A stretch of DNA of 63,448 bases, filler included, from Collodictyon triciliatum (lineage: Eukaryota): NCBI GenBank assembly GCA_043381765.1. It is 9 parts of 9 records of this genome, joined end to end, with 100 filler letters (N's around TTAATTAATTAA, not from the genome) between each part and the next. Parts side by side here need not be neighbours in the genome. Positions count along the whole stretch, not along the records: positions 31,104 to 38,758 come from JBHJMP010003800.1; positions 38,859 to 46,509 come from JBHJMP010003801.1; positions 46,610 to 54,253 come from JBHJMP010003802.1; 6 more parts are not named here. One strand, 5' to 3'. The number at the start of each line of letters is the position of its first letter. The stretch's first letter is position 1. The translations under genes were made by a program, and so were the position numbers. Below the pieces are notes generated by a model. It was not told the DNA's origin and searched no databases. It was given only the letters and a program-made list of their open reading frames with translations. Positions 35,201 to 50,400 of this stretch are shown here, piece after piece.

Positions 35201-37151
35201 AGTGAGGTCCATTTTGAGTTAAAAATATAAAGTATCATGGTACATAATGCGTATGTGCTAATTAGTCCGTGATGTGAGCCCAAAATTCTGGATTCATAGT
35301 AACACCATGTTTTTATCAATACGATGCTTTTTTTGAATAGGTGAGGTACACCAGTTTCTCGACTAACACAGTTATCCACCTGAATCAAGATGTTATTAAA
35401 AACCCATCCAATGAGCCCATAAGTACTGAAAGGATAGTATAATCTCACGCAAGAATTGAAAAAAAGAGAGAGGGATGTATAGAGCGATGTAATAATTGAC
35501 TCCTTTTAGGGGGATTTATGGATTCAATAACCTCTTCAAAAAACCGAAGGGTTCTCAACCCCCCAATTGTATTCGCCGAGAAATCGAAGGTGATGTTATC
35601 CACCGTGCATTTGATAATTTTGAACTTTTTTTTTTTAAAAAAAAAAGAAGAAGGTAAATTAGATAACAATTAAGTCCAATTGGTATCATACGATGAATTT
35701 GTATGTTATTAAATGAACCTTGATATGAATTTATCATACCTCTGCTGGAACGGTCATAATATTTCGAACAGAGAAAGCTGATTCACGGGATATGCTGTTC
35801 TTTTCCTCTTCTTCCAACGCACGTCTTAGATTATCTGCCCAAGAATCTGTCATGTGAGAGGGAACAAAGATTTCCACATCAACATCACCGTCAGGAAGAT
35901 ATGAACGGAGAGGAAATGACCCGTATGAAAAGACCTATCACAAAAAATAAATAAATCTGAAATGAATGTAACCTTTCAAGAAACATAATTATATGTCGCT
36001 ATTTGTAATTCAGAAACATTATATTAATGACTCATACTTCAGCCTCTGGCATTGATTGTTTTATCAGTTTCTTCATAAACTTGAAGGCATCAGTTCTTAA
36101 ATTATTTGCAGGTGCTTGAGGCTAGTGAGAGAGCAAGATACAATTTCAATATACGCCAGCTTGTTTGATCAAATGAGAGAAGAAGAAAATATCATACCAA
36201 TCACTTTTGATATGAAAATCAATTATTCACCATAACACATCTTAATATTTCATCTATCCTGTCATTGACCCGAGCACATCTTAGATAGTCGATCTTCAGA
36301 GAAAGTGAACCGTCAGAGCGTGGACGAGTTGGGCCTTTCCAAGAAAGAGGATATGGAATGGGATTCATAACAGGAGTTATCATCGCATCGGCATGAACTG
36401 TAGGCAAGATTACAGTATTTGAGGAACTGTGTGTTCCGATTGATTGATAAGTTGGATTGAGGGCAGGTGTCATGGGAATGTATTTTGGGTGGATAGAATC
36501 AAGGGAATTCATCGGATTCACGGGTGAGGGCGATTCAAGGATGCTAACAACGCCGAGCCCAGCAAGTGCATCAACCGTCTTTGTCCCCTCTGTCTGCAAA
36601 GTTGGTTCAAACGTGTCAAACGAATGGATAGGATGTAGCCCGCTGGAGATAATGGGCGAGCCATGGGAAAGTGGGAGTCGAATAGGGACCATCGAGTCAG
36701 TACTATCCCGCTTAGGTTTCTGGTTGGTAATGGGGATATCGAAAGGTATTGAGTAGTTACTCCCAGAGTTTCTATTGGATGAGGATGAGGCTGAAAATTC
36801 GGGTGTTTCCATAATATCTTTTTTCTTTGGAGAGAACATCCCAACGGGCGGAGTAATGGGTGGTGTCGAGGATAATAATATCTGATGATTGGGTAATGTA
36901 GAGGGTGATATAGCAGAGCCTATTCCCAATGATTCATCCACACCAAAGGCAGGAATTCCTGGGCTACTGCGGCGATTTATTTGAAGATGAAGTGGTGTTG
37001 CTGGGATATGTGCCATTGGTTTGTGTGAAACAATAATATTTGGTTCGGTTTCCATCATGAGAATATCTTGCTTCTTTTGCTTTAGACACTGTATCTCGTC
37101 CTTTATAGCAGCTGGATGATTGGTGCTACTGGCCAGACCTAAGTAATGCAT
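32237..37151 (-). CDS. Pol-beta superfamily nucleotidyltransferase with PAP/OAS1 substrate-binding domain and long disordered termini (internal N gap)
   Basis: Exons at about 37151-36231, 36121-36038, 35935-35740 (VFSYGSFPLRSYLPDGDVDV), 35624-35532 (KIIKCTVDNITFDFSANTIGGL), 35379-35185 (HLFKKSIVLIKTWCYYESRILGSHHGLISTYAL), 35076-34974 (FNWEEYCLSIYGPV), a large exon at about 33910-32508 and a last exon ending at 32237. Confidence 0.9.
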
Positions 37152-38684
37152 GTTTATTGGAGACTCCGAATAATTGTGTAAAGATAAAAGGTTTTATTTT
37201 ATTGCGCCCAGGGAGAATATAAAGAGTTGTACTGTCCTAATTAAGCAGTTCATGTTTTGTGATCGCCAAACTAATATGTCGCATCTGACTTTGAAAGGTG
37301 TGGGTAAAGAACAGAAAAACAAAGATGTCAAGACACAAATCGAAAGCCAACCATTCCTGTTTTCAGTGTAGGGATTTAACAAAGAAATAAAAGAAAGTGG
37401 TATGTCAAGTAGGGGCCTTGAAAGAGAAGAAAAAGAGGAAGAGAGGAAAATAGGAGTCTCAAGTCCTGATTTACTTTATTTTAACTTTAATTCTATTTTA
37501 CTTTGCTTTAATTTATTTTTTGCAGCTTTGCAACCAAGCACATTCGGTTTTTTTGATCCGGAGCCCATTTTGGGTTTGGGGACAGTCTTACTTTGTGTTT
37601 CAAGGCAAAGACTTACAGTTTATCAATAAAATACCAACACCAGGATCAGAAAAAAAATGCTTCTGAAATGTGATGGTTGACTGGCAGTGCGTGTATATAT
37701 GTGAATATGTAAAGATAATCCATAAGGCAGAGCTGCTTTGCCCAGTCCAGAGTCACGCAGCACTGAAAGCTGAAGCCCGCAAACCGCGATGACGAAGCGG
37801 ATGGGAATGTGATTTGATCGAAAAAAACGTATTCCACTTATGGATATAAAATCAAATAATACAATCGTTATCAATATGTGGAAACTATACATATTCATGT
37901 CAAATTCTACCCACAGACAAAAATTCTGGCTGTTGGTCGCTAGATCGATAGTTTTCTTTCTCTTTAGTTCGATACAAAACGCAAAGTCGGCAAACTTAAG
38001 TTATCATTCCCCAAGTGACAAGTTGAATCAGAGCAGTGATACCTTACCTCTATCCGCATTGTGTGCGTGAGACCTTATGTGTGATGCAGCGACGGATGAA
38101 TTAGGTTTATTGCGTATGCCGTCCTTATGCGTGCGCTTTGTTGGTTTGTGTGTTACGGTATTTCAATATCAAATCGGTTTTTTTTTCTCTATGTGATATT
38201 CTGGCTACGAATTTCAATTCTTTATACATCCTCGCAGGAATATGGATGTCTCGGCTATCATCGTGAGATTTTTATTCATTTGGAAACAGCACAATTATTC
38301 TGACAATTGTATATCACAATCGCAGACTCGTCCTGTGTTTCGTGAGGTGTCAAAGGCATTATTCTTTTCCCTCCTTTATTCGATTCAAAGTGCAGCAAGG
38401 CTATGCCATACAATGGGCAAGATAGGCACGCACGGTAGAGAGCAAACGCAAGAAGAAAACGCTATTGTGGAGAATGTCAAAGGGATTTATATTTCCTTGT
38501 AGCCAAACTACTATCTTAAAATATTAATGAAATGATAGGTATTTTGAAAGCTTTGTAAAGTGTTTTCCTTTTTTCTTAAAAAAAAAAAACATGCATATGC
38601 CGTCTCTTCCATATTTTGGTTTAATAAAGAGCCACAGTAAAAATGCGAGAGAAAACTCTTTAGTTTCTGTTCTTACAATATCTC

Positions 38685-38970
<286 letters not shown>

Positions 38971-41187
38971 GAGTTGAGTTATTTCTGTACAAAAGTGTTT
39001 TCGGGTCTGATTTTCCCGTTTGACTAACAAATGCAACCGCGTGTGGCCAGTCTCAAATGTTCGAGGTGGTGTGGGTTGTTGACTGCGATGGCATGACTCA
39101 ATGAACTGAGTGAGAGAATCATGGGGTCTATATATCAATGGCCGCCTATTGAACTTTGTCACAAATCACGCATATGTATTTTAAACATGAAAAGTATATG
39201 GAAAAATGTCTATTAAGAAGAGTTGACATAGATTTTACATCTTCACCCACAAGCGTCGGCCGTGAGGAGAATTGTGACATGTCCAGATTAGTGCTAGGGA
39301 ATAGTAGGGTGGGTGTAGAGAGCCCTGAACAAGGTTGTGTGCGCACGCTATGTTGCTTTGCTTTCTCCCTCTTGATGTTGATTGGGCTCATGATATCTGC
39401 AGTTTTTTTTTTGATTTTGTTCGATGCTGACTACTGTCAATGTGATTGATTCTAAAGGATGAAATCTCACACACCTATTTCAATCAAAGACGCCGCGTCA
39501 ATTTAAATTATTGACATATGGCCAGGATACATATTAATATCAGCAGATGTTTACTGCCATACATGAAAGTATAAATCGTGTGGCCCACCAGGTATCTTAT
39601 TGATATCGAATATATATATATTAATATTAATATATATATTCGATATCACTCACCACCTCCAATCGCTCTCACCCTTACTTCAAAACACATTCCCATTAGG
39701 GTAATATCCATTCCACCACCAAACACTCCTCAATTATCTCATGTCTGTTGAGGAATTCGGTATGAAAAGGATGAAATATGAGTGCCTGATAAAATATGAG
39801 CCTCGACCATTTGATTTTTGTAGGATATAGTAAAGGGCTCCTGTATCACCAAGCCGAGATAAGGAAACAGATTCTTCATTCTTGAACAAATCACGTTCAA
39901 AAAATTGAAGATTTTTGCGCCATCGACATATGGGCATCGTTTTTTTTTTTTGTTTCATTTCTAGAATGCACAACGCAACACAGCGAAGATGACTATATCG
40001 AACACACATGTATTATAAGCTCTCTCGTTCAAAAAGGGGCCCAGTCTATTCACAAGACGCTCTCCAAGATTAATTGTGCTCCCAACCGATTCAGCACGCC
40101 TCCAGCAACCCATTTGTACCAAAATGCCAAATTTCCCGCGAGTCTAGAATACTCAATATTTATAAGGAGCATATGCTGTGGTACTGAAGGACTGTGGATG
40201 CCCTCTCTCGCTGTAATAAATCGAATGAACAAAGAATAAATACAACCAGGCTGGAAAGCCTCACACAATACAGTTCCTGGGATAGGTTGTCGAATCAAAT
40301 CCACATTACTCGCTGTTTTTACTGAAGCAAAGAGTGACGTGAAAGTTTCTGAATGCGTCTACCACCACATAACCAACCAATTATACGAAGGCAGCCAATA
40401 AACCAGTTGGGCCGCCCACCTGACCAAATCGCTATAAATTATTTCTTTCAAGCGGTCCCACTTGTCCCATATGTCCCATTATCGGCTTTGAATCGCCTTT
40501 TCTGTGTGCAGTATGGCAACTTATTCTTTCGATTCTACGCAATAATGTATCAAAGTTTAATCATCAAAAGAAGAAACCAACATTTTGTGTCTTAGCCACG
40601 AAAAGCTTTACCTGTTATGCCAATCACCGCTCGATGTCTATGCTATACTTCAAATCCTTTCGATGCTAAATCTCAACACCGGTACCACACAATAAATCAA
40701 AACATCAACGGCGAGGAGAAACACTAGGCACCACAAGCCCCACCCGCTTGCCGAAAGCCAGAGACAAGCGCGAATCTCACAAGTCCTCCCAAATCACTGC
40801 TTCCCAATGTTCATTACCGCCAATAGGGAGTCATGGAAACCAACACCCTACTACAAAAACAATGGAAAACGAAGCGACGCATAAACGACTGAAACAAAGA
40901 TAAAGCTATAAAAGACGTATGCATACTAAATTTAAATTAATCTACGGAATCCTCCAACAACAACACGGGTGCTCCCTTCATATATATTTGCACTCAACAA
41001 ACACGCAGCCTAAAATCCTGGCCGCAATGAGTCACATTAGCTTACAGGTGACTCTCAACAGGAAGACAGCAGGTGGATGGCTTCGGAAACAGAGTCGAGT
41101 CGGACCAAAGCCTGGCCGTATAGGACTTGAACACACTTATCATGGGATGGTTGTCCTTCATTCCGCTCACCTCAACCCCATGCAGTG

Positions 41188-44100
41188 ATGAAGCTCCCGC
41201 TTGCGGTTGTTGTTCTTCTTGCCATCCTGTCACTCGCTTCAGCACGGCCGGCGGTATGTCATTCCAAACAGTGTCATTCGCCTTAGAGAAACTTCTCGTG
41301 TTTCACAAAGGAGCCACTACTTGCGAATATCTTCCGCTGTTGCCTCTATGTGGCTTTTGTCTTTTTCTTTCTCTCTTTCTCTCTTTCTCTCGTTTCTGTT
41401 ATTCTACTTCGTAAAACTCCTCGATTTTCCCCTTCAGTTCCTTCCTTCGATCCTTACCATGGATTCTACTTTTGCTTGTAGATTGATCCGCTCACGGCCA
41501 AGATCGCGCATGTCTTTGTCCATAGTCTGTCGAAGACGGCTGAGCTGGAAAGCTTTGATCCTTTGGCCGACGCTGCGTTGGTGTACATGAACGCTTTGTT
41601 GGACAAACAACCGCGCGCGTGTCTGCCTTGCAAGCAAACGGTCAAGTCGGCCCAGCAGCGCTTTCTTTCACCCGAGGCTCAACAGCAGCTGAACGAACTG
41701 GCCAAGCAGGCATTTACCCCTCTTTTCCTTTCAAAAGGCCTCTGTGCATAATTCTTATTCATCACACTCGGCATTCACAAAATCATTCTCGTTTTCCTTC
41801 TCTATTTTTTTATTTGTCCTTTTTCTACTAACATCAGTGAATGTATTTGGCTCTCTATCTTCCCTTTCCCTTTCCCTTTTCCCTTTCCTCTAATCTCGCT
41901 ATGTATGCCCATCATGATATCATATGAAGAATGTATCATAAACAACTTTTTTTTCTCCCAAAAAACTGAGAGAAAAGCTTTTCTTATCGGAAACAAGACC
42001 TAAAAACATAGTGGCCTTTTTTAATTTGTCTTTTGAATCTGAACTTGCTTCGTATTTCCTTCCATGTAGATTTGCCTCACACTTGAATTATTTACCCCGC
42101 ATGTTTGCAACGGAACTGTGGACCTATTTGATGGGCCAGTAATCACCATCATCGGTATTTTCCAATCATGAAATATATACTAGAACTCATCATTATATCC
42201 GATAGTCATAATCTACATCAAGTATTCTTCATTTAAAACTGATATACAAAGCTTTATCATTATTCCAAAGTTCCTTTTCTTCTTTCTTCTTCTTTCTTCT
42301 TCTTTCTTCTTCTTTCTTCTTCTTTCTTCTTCTTTCTTCTTTCTTCTTCTTTCTTCTTCTTTCTTCTTCTTTCTTCTTCTTTCTTCTTCTTTCTTCTTCT
42401 TTCTTCTTCTTTCTTCTTCTTTCTTCTTTCTTCTTTCTTCTTTCTTCTTTCTTCTTTCTTCTTTCTTCTTTCTTCTTTCTTCTTTCTTCTTTCTTCTTTC
42501 TTCTTTCTTCTTCTTTGAAGGATATGTTGTATTGAACGAACAAGAACCGTATGAAAGCAAGCACATCCGTTTATTTCGTTATAATGACATAGGTCATTCT
42601 GTCTTGGAGCCTGCTGAAGTGTGCGGACTGCGAGGGGAATGTCCCTATACGCCGGTTCCTACATGGGATGCCACATTTGCGAAGCCGAAACCGCCTGTTC
42701 AGCCGCGTCCGGTCCCATCACCCACCGGGCAACGTCAATATCTGCTCCACATCACTGACACTCACTTTGTAGGGTTTGATTTCGATATAGACATATTGCT
42801 CGATTTTGTTCTTTTTTCTCCCTCAAAAACTGTTATTACTTGACCTATACATCTAATTCTACCCTGTTACAGTTTTAACAAAGACATACTGCTCCCACAA
42901 AAAATTTTCTTTGCAATCCAATACAATATTGTGTACCGCTAGACAAAAGACAATTAAAATACCTTTCAAAATACTAATACTATGTGCGTATCATAGGACC
43001 CAAAATATGTCATTGGCTCAGAAGCCAAATGCGCAGACCCACTTTGCTGTCGCCCTCCCTGGGTCGGAGGAACTGTCACACAACCTGCTGGTGTCTTTGG
43101 CGACTATCTCTGCGACGCTCCATTAAGATTGATCGATGAAATCCTAAACCATGCAAGCCAATCCCGTTTTCCGTAAGCACTGATTCTAAGCATAAATAGG
43201 AGTGTACACGATTTAATACGAATCTACCGCTTTTTATCGACACATTTTTTTTTATATCTGTATGTATTACCGAAGAAATAATCGTAGCCATCTTCTACAC
43301 CCAACAAACCACATTTCATATTATTTCATAACTAGTCCGTCTATTCACTTAAATACTTTTTACCTTTTTTTTAAAAAAAAAAAATTAATGTGATTGGGTG
43401 TCTTGATTATTAGAATCAGCGCTATCTTATGGACAGGCGATATTCCACCTCATGACGTTTGGGAAAGTTCCCGAGAAAGCTACACATCCCTGATGGAGCT
43501 TTCTGCCTCTCGTGTGCAATCATACTTTCCTCGCATCCCAACATTTGCTGCCATAGGCAACCATGAATCTGTTCCGGTAATTAATTTTTTTTTTTTTTAT
43601 TCACATGATCGCCAACATCTCTTAATTAATTTACGATATTGTCTTCGTTTCCATTTCTAAAAAGAAAAAAAGTTCTGCTTTCGATCCGTTGTATATTGAT
43701 TGAATGTATCATCACTTGCTGATGTTGTAAATAATCGTTTGCGCTGATTCATGATGTACAGGTGGATTTGTTTGCACCCAACTCAGTTCCAGAAGATGAG
43801 TTTTCCAGTCGCTGGCTATACCAGACACTTGCTGCCCAATGGTCGAGATGGCTTCCTGAGTCTGCTGTATCAGAACTTCGAACGCGGGGAAGCTACACCA
43901 CTTTAATTAATCGCGGTCTTCGTGTGATCAGCGTTAATGACGAGGTAATTGAAGTTCCGTTAAACATTTGAATATCACGCATTACAAGGGTATTTCACAA
44001 AATATTTTCATCAGTTTATTTGACAACTGCGATATTTTCCTCATTTTTTATGTATAATAATGGTAATAATAATAGCAATAATAATCATGTGAATTTCTGA

Positions 44101-46116
44101 AATAGGGATGCAGTAATAGCAATTGGTGGTTAAGAATGAGACGAGAATCTGATTGCTGCAAGTTTGAAGTTCCCGACCCAGACCTCACGTTAAAGTGGTT
44201 AATTGATGTAATCTTTATGACTCGATAAAATTTGCCACTGATCTAATAAAAGTAGAACATGTTTCGTGTCTCCTATGCAACACCCACGACACGATTCATA
44301 TGAAATTATCTTATTTTGTACTCTATTTCCCCCCTTTTTTCAAGAGAATTATATGCACTGGCTATTTATTTATTTACTTTTATTAATATTTTCTTGGTAA
44401 TATCATATAATGAACATACTTAATACAGACCCTCCAAGCTGCTGAAGATTCCGGAGAAAAAGTTCTTCTTATCAGACATATTCCTAACTCCAGTCGTTGC
44501 AACAAGGTACTTACCACTCTTTTACTTTTTTTTCTCTCCCTCTGGCTTAGCTCTATTATTCTCGATACTTCAAAATATTTCATAGATGTAGTCAGATGTT
44601 CTTTTTAGAAATTCTGGTGCCCTTGAATTTGATGATGATGATTTTTTTTCTTTTTCATTCTGCATGTTATAAATAACCAAAATTTAGGCTTGGAGCTTAA
44701 ACTTCCACAAAATCATGGACCGATTTGAAAGTACGATAATTGCTATCTTTACTGGACACAGTCATGATGATGAATTTGAGATTCACTACAGAGGCGAGGG
44801 TATCTCATCTTATACCAGAGAAAACCTAGTCGAAATATAGTAAAAAATAAGGATAAAACATATTCCATTATTCGATGAAATGTTTTTTTTTTTCCTTTAT
44901 TCGATTCAAAGTATTATTCGATGACATGTTATACAAAACATGAAATGGATGAAGTTTTACCCGTATCTACAAAGTAGAATGATTTCACGGATTATGCATA
45001 TCATCCATATTGTTGATATCGAATTTACACCCTACCGTCTTTCAATAATCGTTTTTTCTATCTCTATGGTATTTTGTTTTGTTTGTTTGGTATAAATGGG
45101 TATCGAAGACTTGCTCTCAATTTTTAATTTGATTCGCATAATTATGTCATTTTAGGCCGCACAGAACCTTTCCTGGTAAACTATATCGGTCCTGGAATGA
45201 CTCCATACACAAATGGAAATCCTGCCTATCGCATATACGAACTGGATGTAGAGACCAAGCAAATTGTCAACCACTACACATACATTATGAATCTCGAAGA
45301 GTCAAACAGAGTATGTAAAATTATTATTATTTATTTATTTATTTTCGTGAGAGGTTTTTACCTTTCATTGGTTAAAATCAAAATACATAGAACAAGCAGG
45401 AATTTTCCCCTGCCTTTGCATATTGATATATTTACTATAACCTTCGGGTCTTTCTCCCCTTGAAATTATATATATATATATATTTTATTTGCCGCGTTGG
45501 TTGAGTTTGTGATGCTTTGTTTCGAAAGCAATTCAGTAATCCACTCTTTACGCGTCTTTCTTTGGTTATTACGCAATAGTCTGGCCGGGCCACGTTCTAC
45601 GAAGAATATAATGCGGTTGATGCTTACGGGATGCGAGGTCTGCACGCGGAGGACTGGGACGGCCTTACCAAACGATTTGAGGCCGACGATGTCCTGTTTC
45701 AAAAGTGGTATGTGCGCGTTTTTACGCAATATTGCCAATGAATATCCCTGCGTTCCAAGCCGCCGTTTGCTTATATGTTTGTTCGACCATCTACACTACC
45801 ATCATTGCGTGGATTTGTTTGTAGCATGTTATTTTAAATCTACCGAATCAACAGGATATCAATTGCTTTGGAGTTGCTTGATTGTTATTATTCAGTGTTA
45901 ATCCTTTTAGTGCGTAAAGCTGATGCATTTTGATTATTTGGGTTGCTCTTCTTCTCCATCTTTTCATCGAACCCCAATCCACCTTCCTTTTTCTGACGCT
46001 GTTGTATTAGGTTCCTGTACTATGGCCGCTCGATGAACAATCGCACATGCGACGCAGCTTGCAAAGAGCGCTCCATTTGTGAAATGCGGTCTGCTCGCAC
46101 CGAATTCCCGTGTTAA
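41188..46116 (+). CDS. SMPD1: Acid sphingomyelinase (signal peptide, saposin B, metallophosphoesterase), multi-exon
   Basis: MKLPLAVVVLLAILSLASA signal; saposin CLPCK..ICLTL..VCNG..EVCG; HITDTHFDPKY..CADPLCCR, FGDYLCDAP, WTGDIPPHDVW, AIGNHESVP, FTGHSHDDEF, TPYTNGNPAYRIY; ends CDAACKERSICEMRSARTEFPC* at 46116. Confidence 0.92.
42275..42516. repeat. (TTCTTCTTTC)n/(TTCTTTC)n intronic microsatellite
   Basis: Directly visible; explains the spurious KKKEERRR ORFs. Confidence 0.95.
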
Positions 46117-46609
46117 TCATGGAGTGTGCCTCATAACACTGAAAAGCAAATCCGTTATAGTCCTTGTGGATTTGTGAAATAAAAAGATGTTCTGTGGCGA
46201 AGCGTATCACATAATAATCTCTTTGTGGGTGGGTGATGCAAATCATTTGCGAGGGTTATCTGGCTTTGTTCATATAAATAGGACTTTGGCTCATCTCTCA
46301 ATTGTGGCGGTCTGCCGTGTTCATCAGACTTGTGTTGCACGCAACTGCATATGAAGATATAAAGAACGATAGAAGGACGCATAAATGTATATGTGGCATA
46401 TAATCTTTTTTATTTTATTTTATTTTATTTTATTTTATTTTATTTTATTTTATTTTATTTTATTTTATTTTATTTTATTTTATTTTATTTTATTTTATTT
46501 TATTTTATTNNNNNNNNNNNNNNNNNNNNNNNNNNNNNNNNNNNNNNNNNNNNTTAATTAATTAANNNNNNNNNNNNNNNNNNNNNNNNNNNNNNNNNNN
46601 NNNNNNNNN

Positions 46610-46705
<96 letters not shown>

Positions 46706-47471
46706 GTTAATAATAGGATAGAAACAGAAAGAAGCAGAAAGAAAAAGAAAAGAAAAGAAAAGTACAGATGATGAAGCGAAGAACGAAATGCACAACCACA
46801 GAGATCAAACACAAAGGATGAAAATAAAACAACTGCGTTTTCTGTGGGGATACAATCAACAAGAATTGGAAAAAGACGGATGCCCACGTCAGATAGTAGG
46901 TCAGGCCCTCGCCGATCATGTCGCGGTATCTGTGGTAGTGCGATTCTGGATGTTTAGTGCCTGAGTCGTTGCTGTTGTCTGATTCTCTCGGACAAGCACC
47001 GGGTTTACTGGGCGGCCAAAGAGCGATTGTGGTAAACGCAGAACACGTCCAACAAGCACAGAAAAGAAACGGAAAGTGACCAGAGAACTGCGGAATGGGA
47101 ATACATTTGCGGAATTTATAGTAATTATATACATCGCATATTAATAGTCCGACGATGTTATCTATTTAATGAAATTTTGTTTGAAAAAGTATACACACAT
47201 ATCTATTGATTAGACAATTGATAAAACCGTTTTAGTCCAGATGTGGAATTAAACTGCGCAGTCCTCGAATAACGTCCAAGGCTTCTACCTAACGCGCTTT
47301 TGTTCAACGCAGCCAAGCAGAATAGAATAACCTGCTGCAGCTCGATTATTTCTACGAGTCGATCTCGCAAAGAACCAATATGCGATGACAAAACACGCCA
47401 TCTGACTTTGTTCTGTGTGCTAGAAGAGACTCGACAAAAAACCATTCTGTCTCAACTGACGCGCAACCGGA

Positions 47472-50400
47472 ATGGAGGAAAAGAACCCGTTGGTAAGTTC
47501 TTCAGTGCTTCTCCACGCCTTATGATTTCACCAGGTGCCTTGTAGTGGGAAGTAATTCTATTGATGCCAATATTGCACGGACTAGAACCTGTCATGGGTC
47601 TTTGGCTTCAACAAGGACATTCCTGGTGGTGTTCATTCCCTCAACGATCGAAAGAGAAAAGTACACAATCCCTTTCATTTCCACGCGCCAAGGCGGCCAA
47701 AGCATATATATGTTTCATAGCTTTCTTTGGGAGGAACTTTGAAAGGCTTATTTACGGACGCAATCATAGAAATCTTAGTTTTATAGAAAGTTATTATGAG
47801 AAAAAATAGAAACAAAATAGAAAAGCAAGCAAAAAAAAAAAAACATTAAAAATTAAACGAATATAAAAAGAAGCATAAAAATATCTTTCTTTTATTTTAG
47901 AGGAAATCCGTTGACACGTTTTTCTTAATGCTATTTTCTCTTTTTGAAGTCCATAGTGTACTCCAGCGGACATACTTGCATTATTTTTGATCATGAGCAC
48001 CGAACCCAACGCCTTCTTCAAGGACATGTACTCATATTTTTATAATCTGAAAAGCCCTTTCCAAAAATGCACCAATTGCAAAATCTCTATAGAATCAATA
48101 TTCATATACGCGTTAATACGCTTCAATACATGCTTCTTCAATTAAGAGACATAAATCATTGTTTAATTATGGGATGTTATCTCAATACATCTGCAACGCA
48201 GTCTAGTAATAAGCTCTTTTTTTCTGTTTCCTTTCCTTTTCCTTTCCTTTTCCTTTTCCTTTTCCTTTTCCTTTTCCTTTTCCTTTTCCTTTTCCTTTTC
48301 TTTTCCTTTCCTTTTCCCTTTCTTTTCCTTTTCCCTTTCTTTTCCTTTTCCCTTTCTTTTCCTTTTCCCTTTCTTTTCCTTTTCCCTTTCTTTTCCTTTT
48401 CTTTTCCTTTCCTTTTCCTTTTTCCTATTCCTTTTCTACCGCACCAACCTGGATAGTGCAATACCATCAGCTGCCTAGCAGTAAGCCCAGATAAGAAATG
48501 GATCGTTACTGCTGACCAAGGAGAAGACTCTATGCTCATCATATGGGATTCTTTTACTGCTGCTGTATGTCCTTCTTTTAAAAGATATATCATTGTCAAT
48601 TGTTTTCTTTATTATCTGATTTGCTTCTAATCCATTTTTATACACAAGCCAATCAAAACGATTTATCGCCCTTACACAGAGGGAGTCATTGCACTAGACA
48701 TAAGTTCTGATTCCATGTATATTGTAACACTAAGCCATGAAACACAAGGTAGGTCTTCACCTTTTCATACCATTGCATGACTGGGTGTAATTACGTGTCA
48801 TTGAAGTGATGTTTTCGTTTTTGACCTTTCGGCAATCTACCAAGGTAATCCGCAACGCATCAGTATTTGGGAGTGGACAGTTTCTGTAGATGCTCCGATC
48901 TTCTCGGCTGAAATCACGACAAACGACAAGCAGGTATAAATTATTCTTGCACAATGGCCTAACATATACATATATATCTCGTTTTCCTATATTTCCTTTA
49001 TTTTCATCACGCAAAATACACGATAAAAGCGAAAGCGTTGAAAAAAGAACCAAAAAACACTATTTTTTAACCAAAGCCCCAATGTCACAAATGAAAGCTT
49101 AAACAAATGTAAATCAATCCTCCAGACTTGCGTTCGCTTCTGCCCATATAATACGAAACAAATTGTGACCAACGGTGTGGAACGTGTCATCTTTTGGTCT
49201 TGGGAGACCGGCTTCTTGAAATTCTTTTCGCCAGCAATATCTGCACAGTAATCAAAATATTGTGTTTTTTTTTTCCATTATAACACATTTTTGCGCTGAC
49301 CATTTTTATTTTAAAAGGGAGTTTAAGCAAACACTGGGACAATTTACATGCTCGGCATTCATCCCTCATGAGAATTTCCGTGCGATTACTGGTAAATCTA
49401 CTATTTATAATCTAGTTGTACGTATGAATGTTTCATGTGAAGAAGATAGACTAATCACATTTTTTTTCGCATAAATCAGTATTACCATAGTATATCATAT
49501 ATTTGCTACCCTTTTTTTTTATTTTTATTATTATTATTATTAAAAGTTATCTCACCAATGAATATATCCAAGGGACAACGGATGGAGATATTGTGCTGTG
49601 GGAGGAAGTTCGGCGTGAGGGAAGGAGTGGGGTTAAAGCATCTGATAAAAGAGCTGTAAAAATCGTTAGGTTTGCCTCATGTACCTCCCAAAAACTAATT
49701 TCATCAAAATGCAATTCATTTTCCATTCATTATTAAAACAACAAGAAAAATGTGTTGGATAATTCCTTGGGGTATAGGCTGATGAATCCAATATATGTGC
49801 TTTAGACTACATAATTGTTCCGTGAACTGTATAGCTGTAACAAAAAGATACATAATAACTGGAGGCACTGATGGACACATCCGTTTCTTTGATTTTCAGG
49901 CACACCTAAATACCAATATATCACCCATAAAATTTTGATACTTAGAAATGATACCTTATTGGAAACAAATATGTATAATCTTATCATTATTATATTCAAT
50001 AGTAATAAACTAGATGCTTTATATGTAGTTTCGAATCGTCTCTTGGTTCGAAGACTTGGACGGTGGTTCAATTACATCGATTTCTTGTGCAGTACCAAGT
50101 CCACTGCTCGACAGTGAGACACGTAAGGAAAAACAAAACCTCATCTTACACACTTACCTCAAGGATTAATTCTATCCGATTTTAACAATTCATGTGTTTT
50201 TACTCAATCACACCCTTTGCTTTGAAATATCAGTAAGTGGAGACCATGCCTCCACAGTTACCGGTCAATTTTTGACGGAAGATTTTATTGTATCGACATC
50301 AAAAGCTGCTATCCTAGGGCTCGACAGTTTCATTTTCGCAAAAAGCGACCCAAAGGTGGTGCATTATTATGTACTTTTAAGATGGAGATATATCCTTGTA

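Noticed and set aside
40020-41100. Possible decayed RT C-terminal region (TEGLWMPSL resembling GGLGxP)
   Set aside because: Single weak motif.
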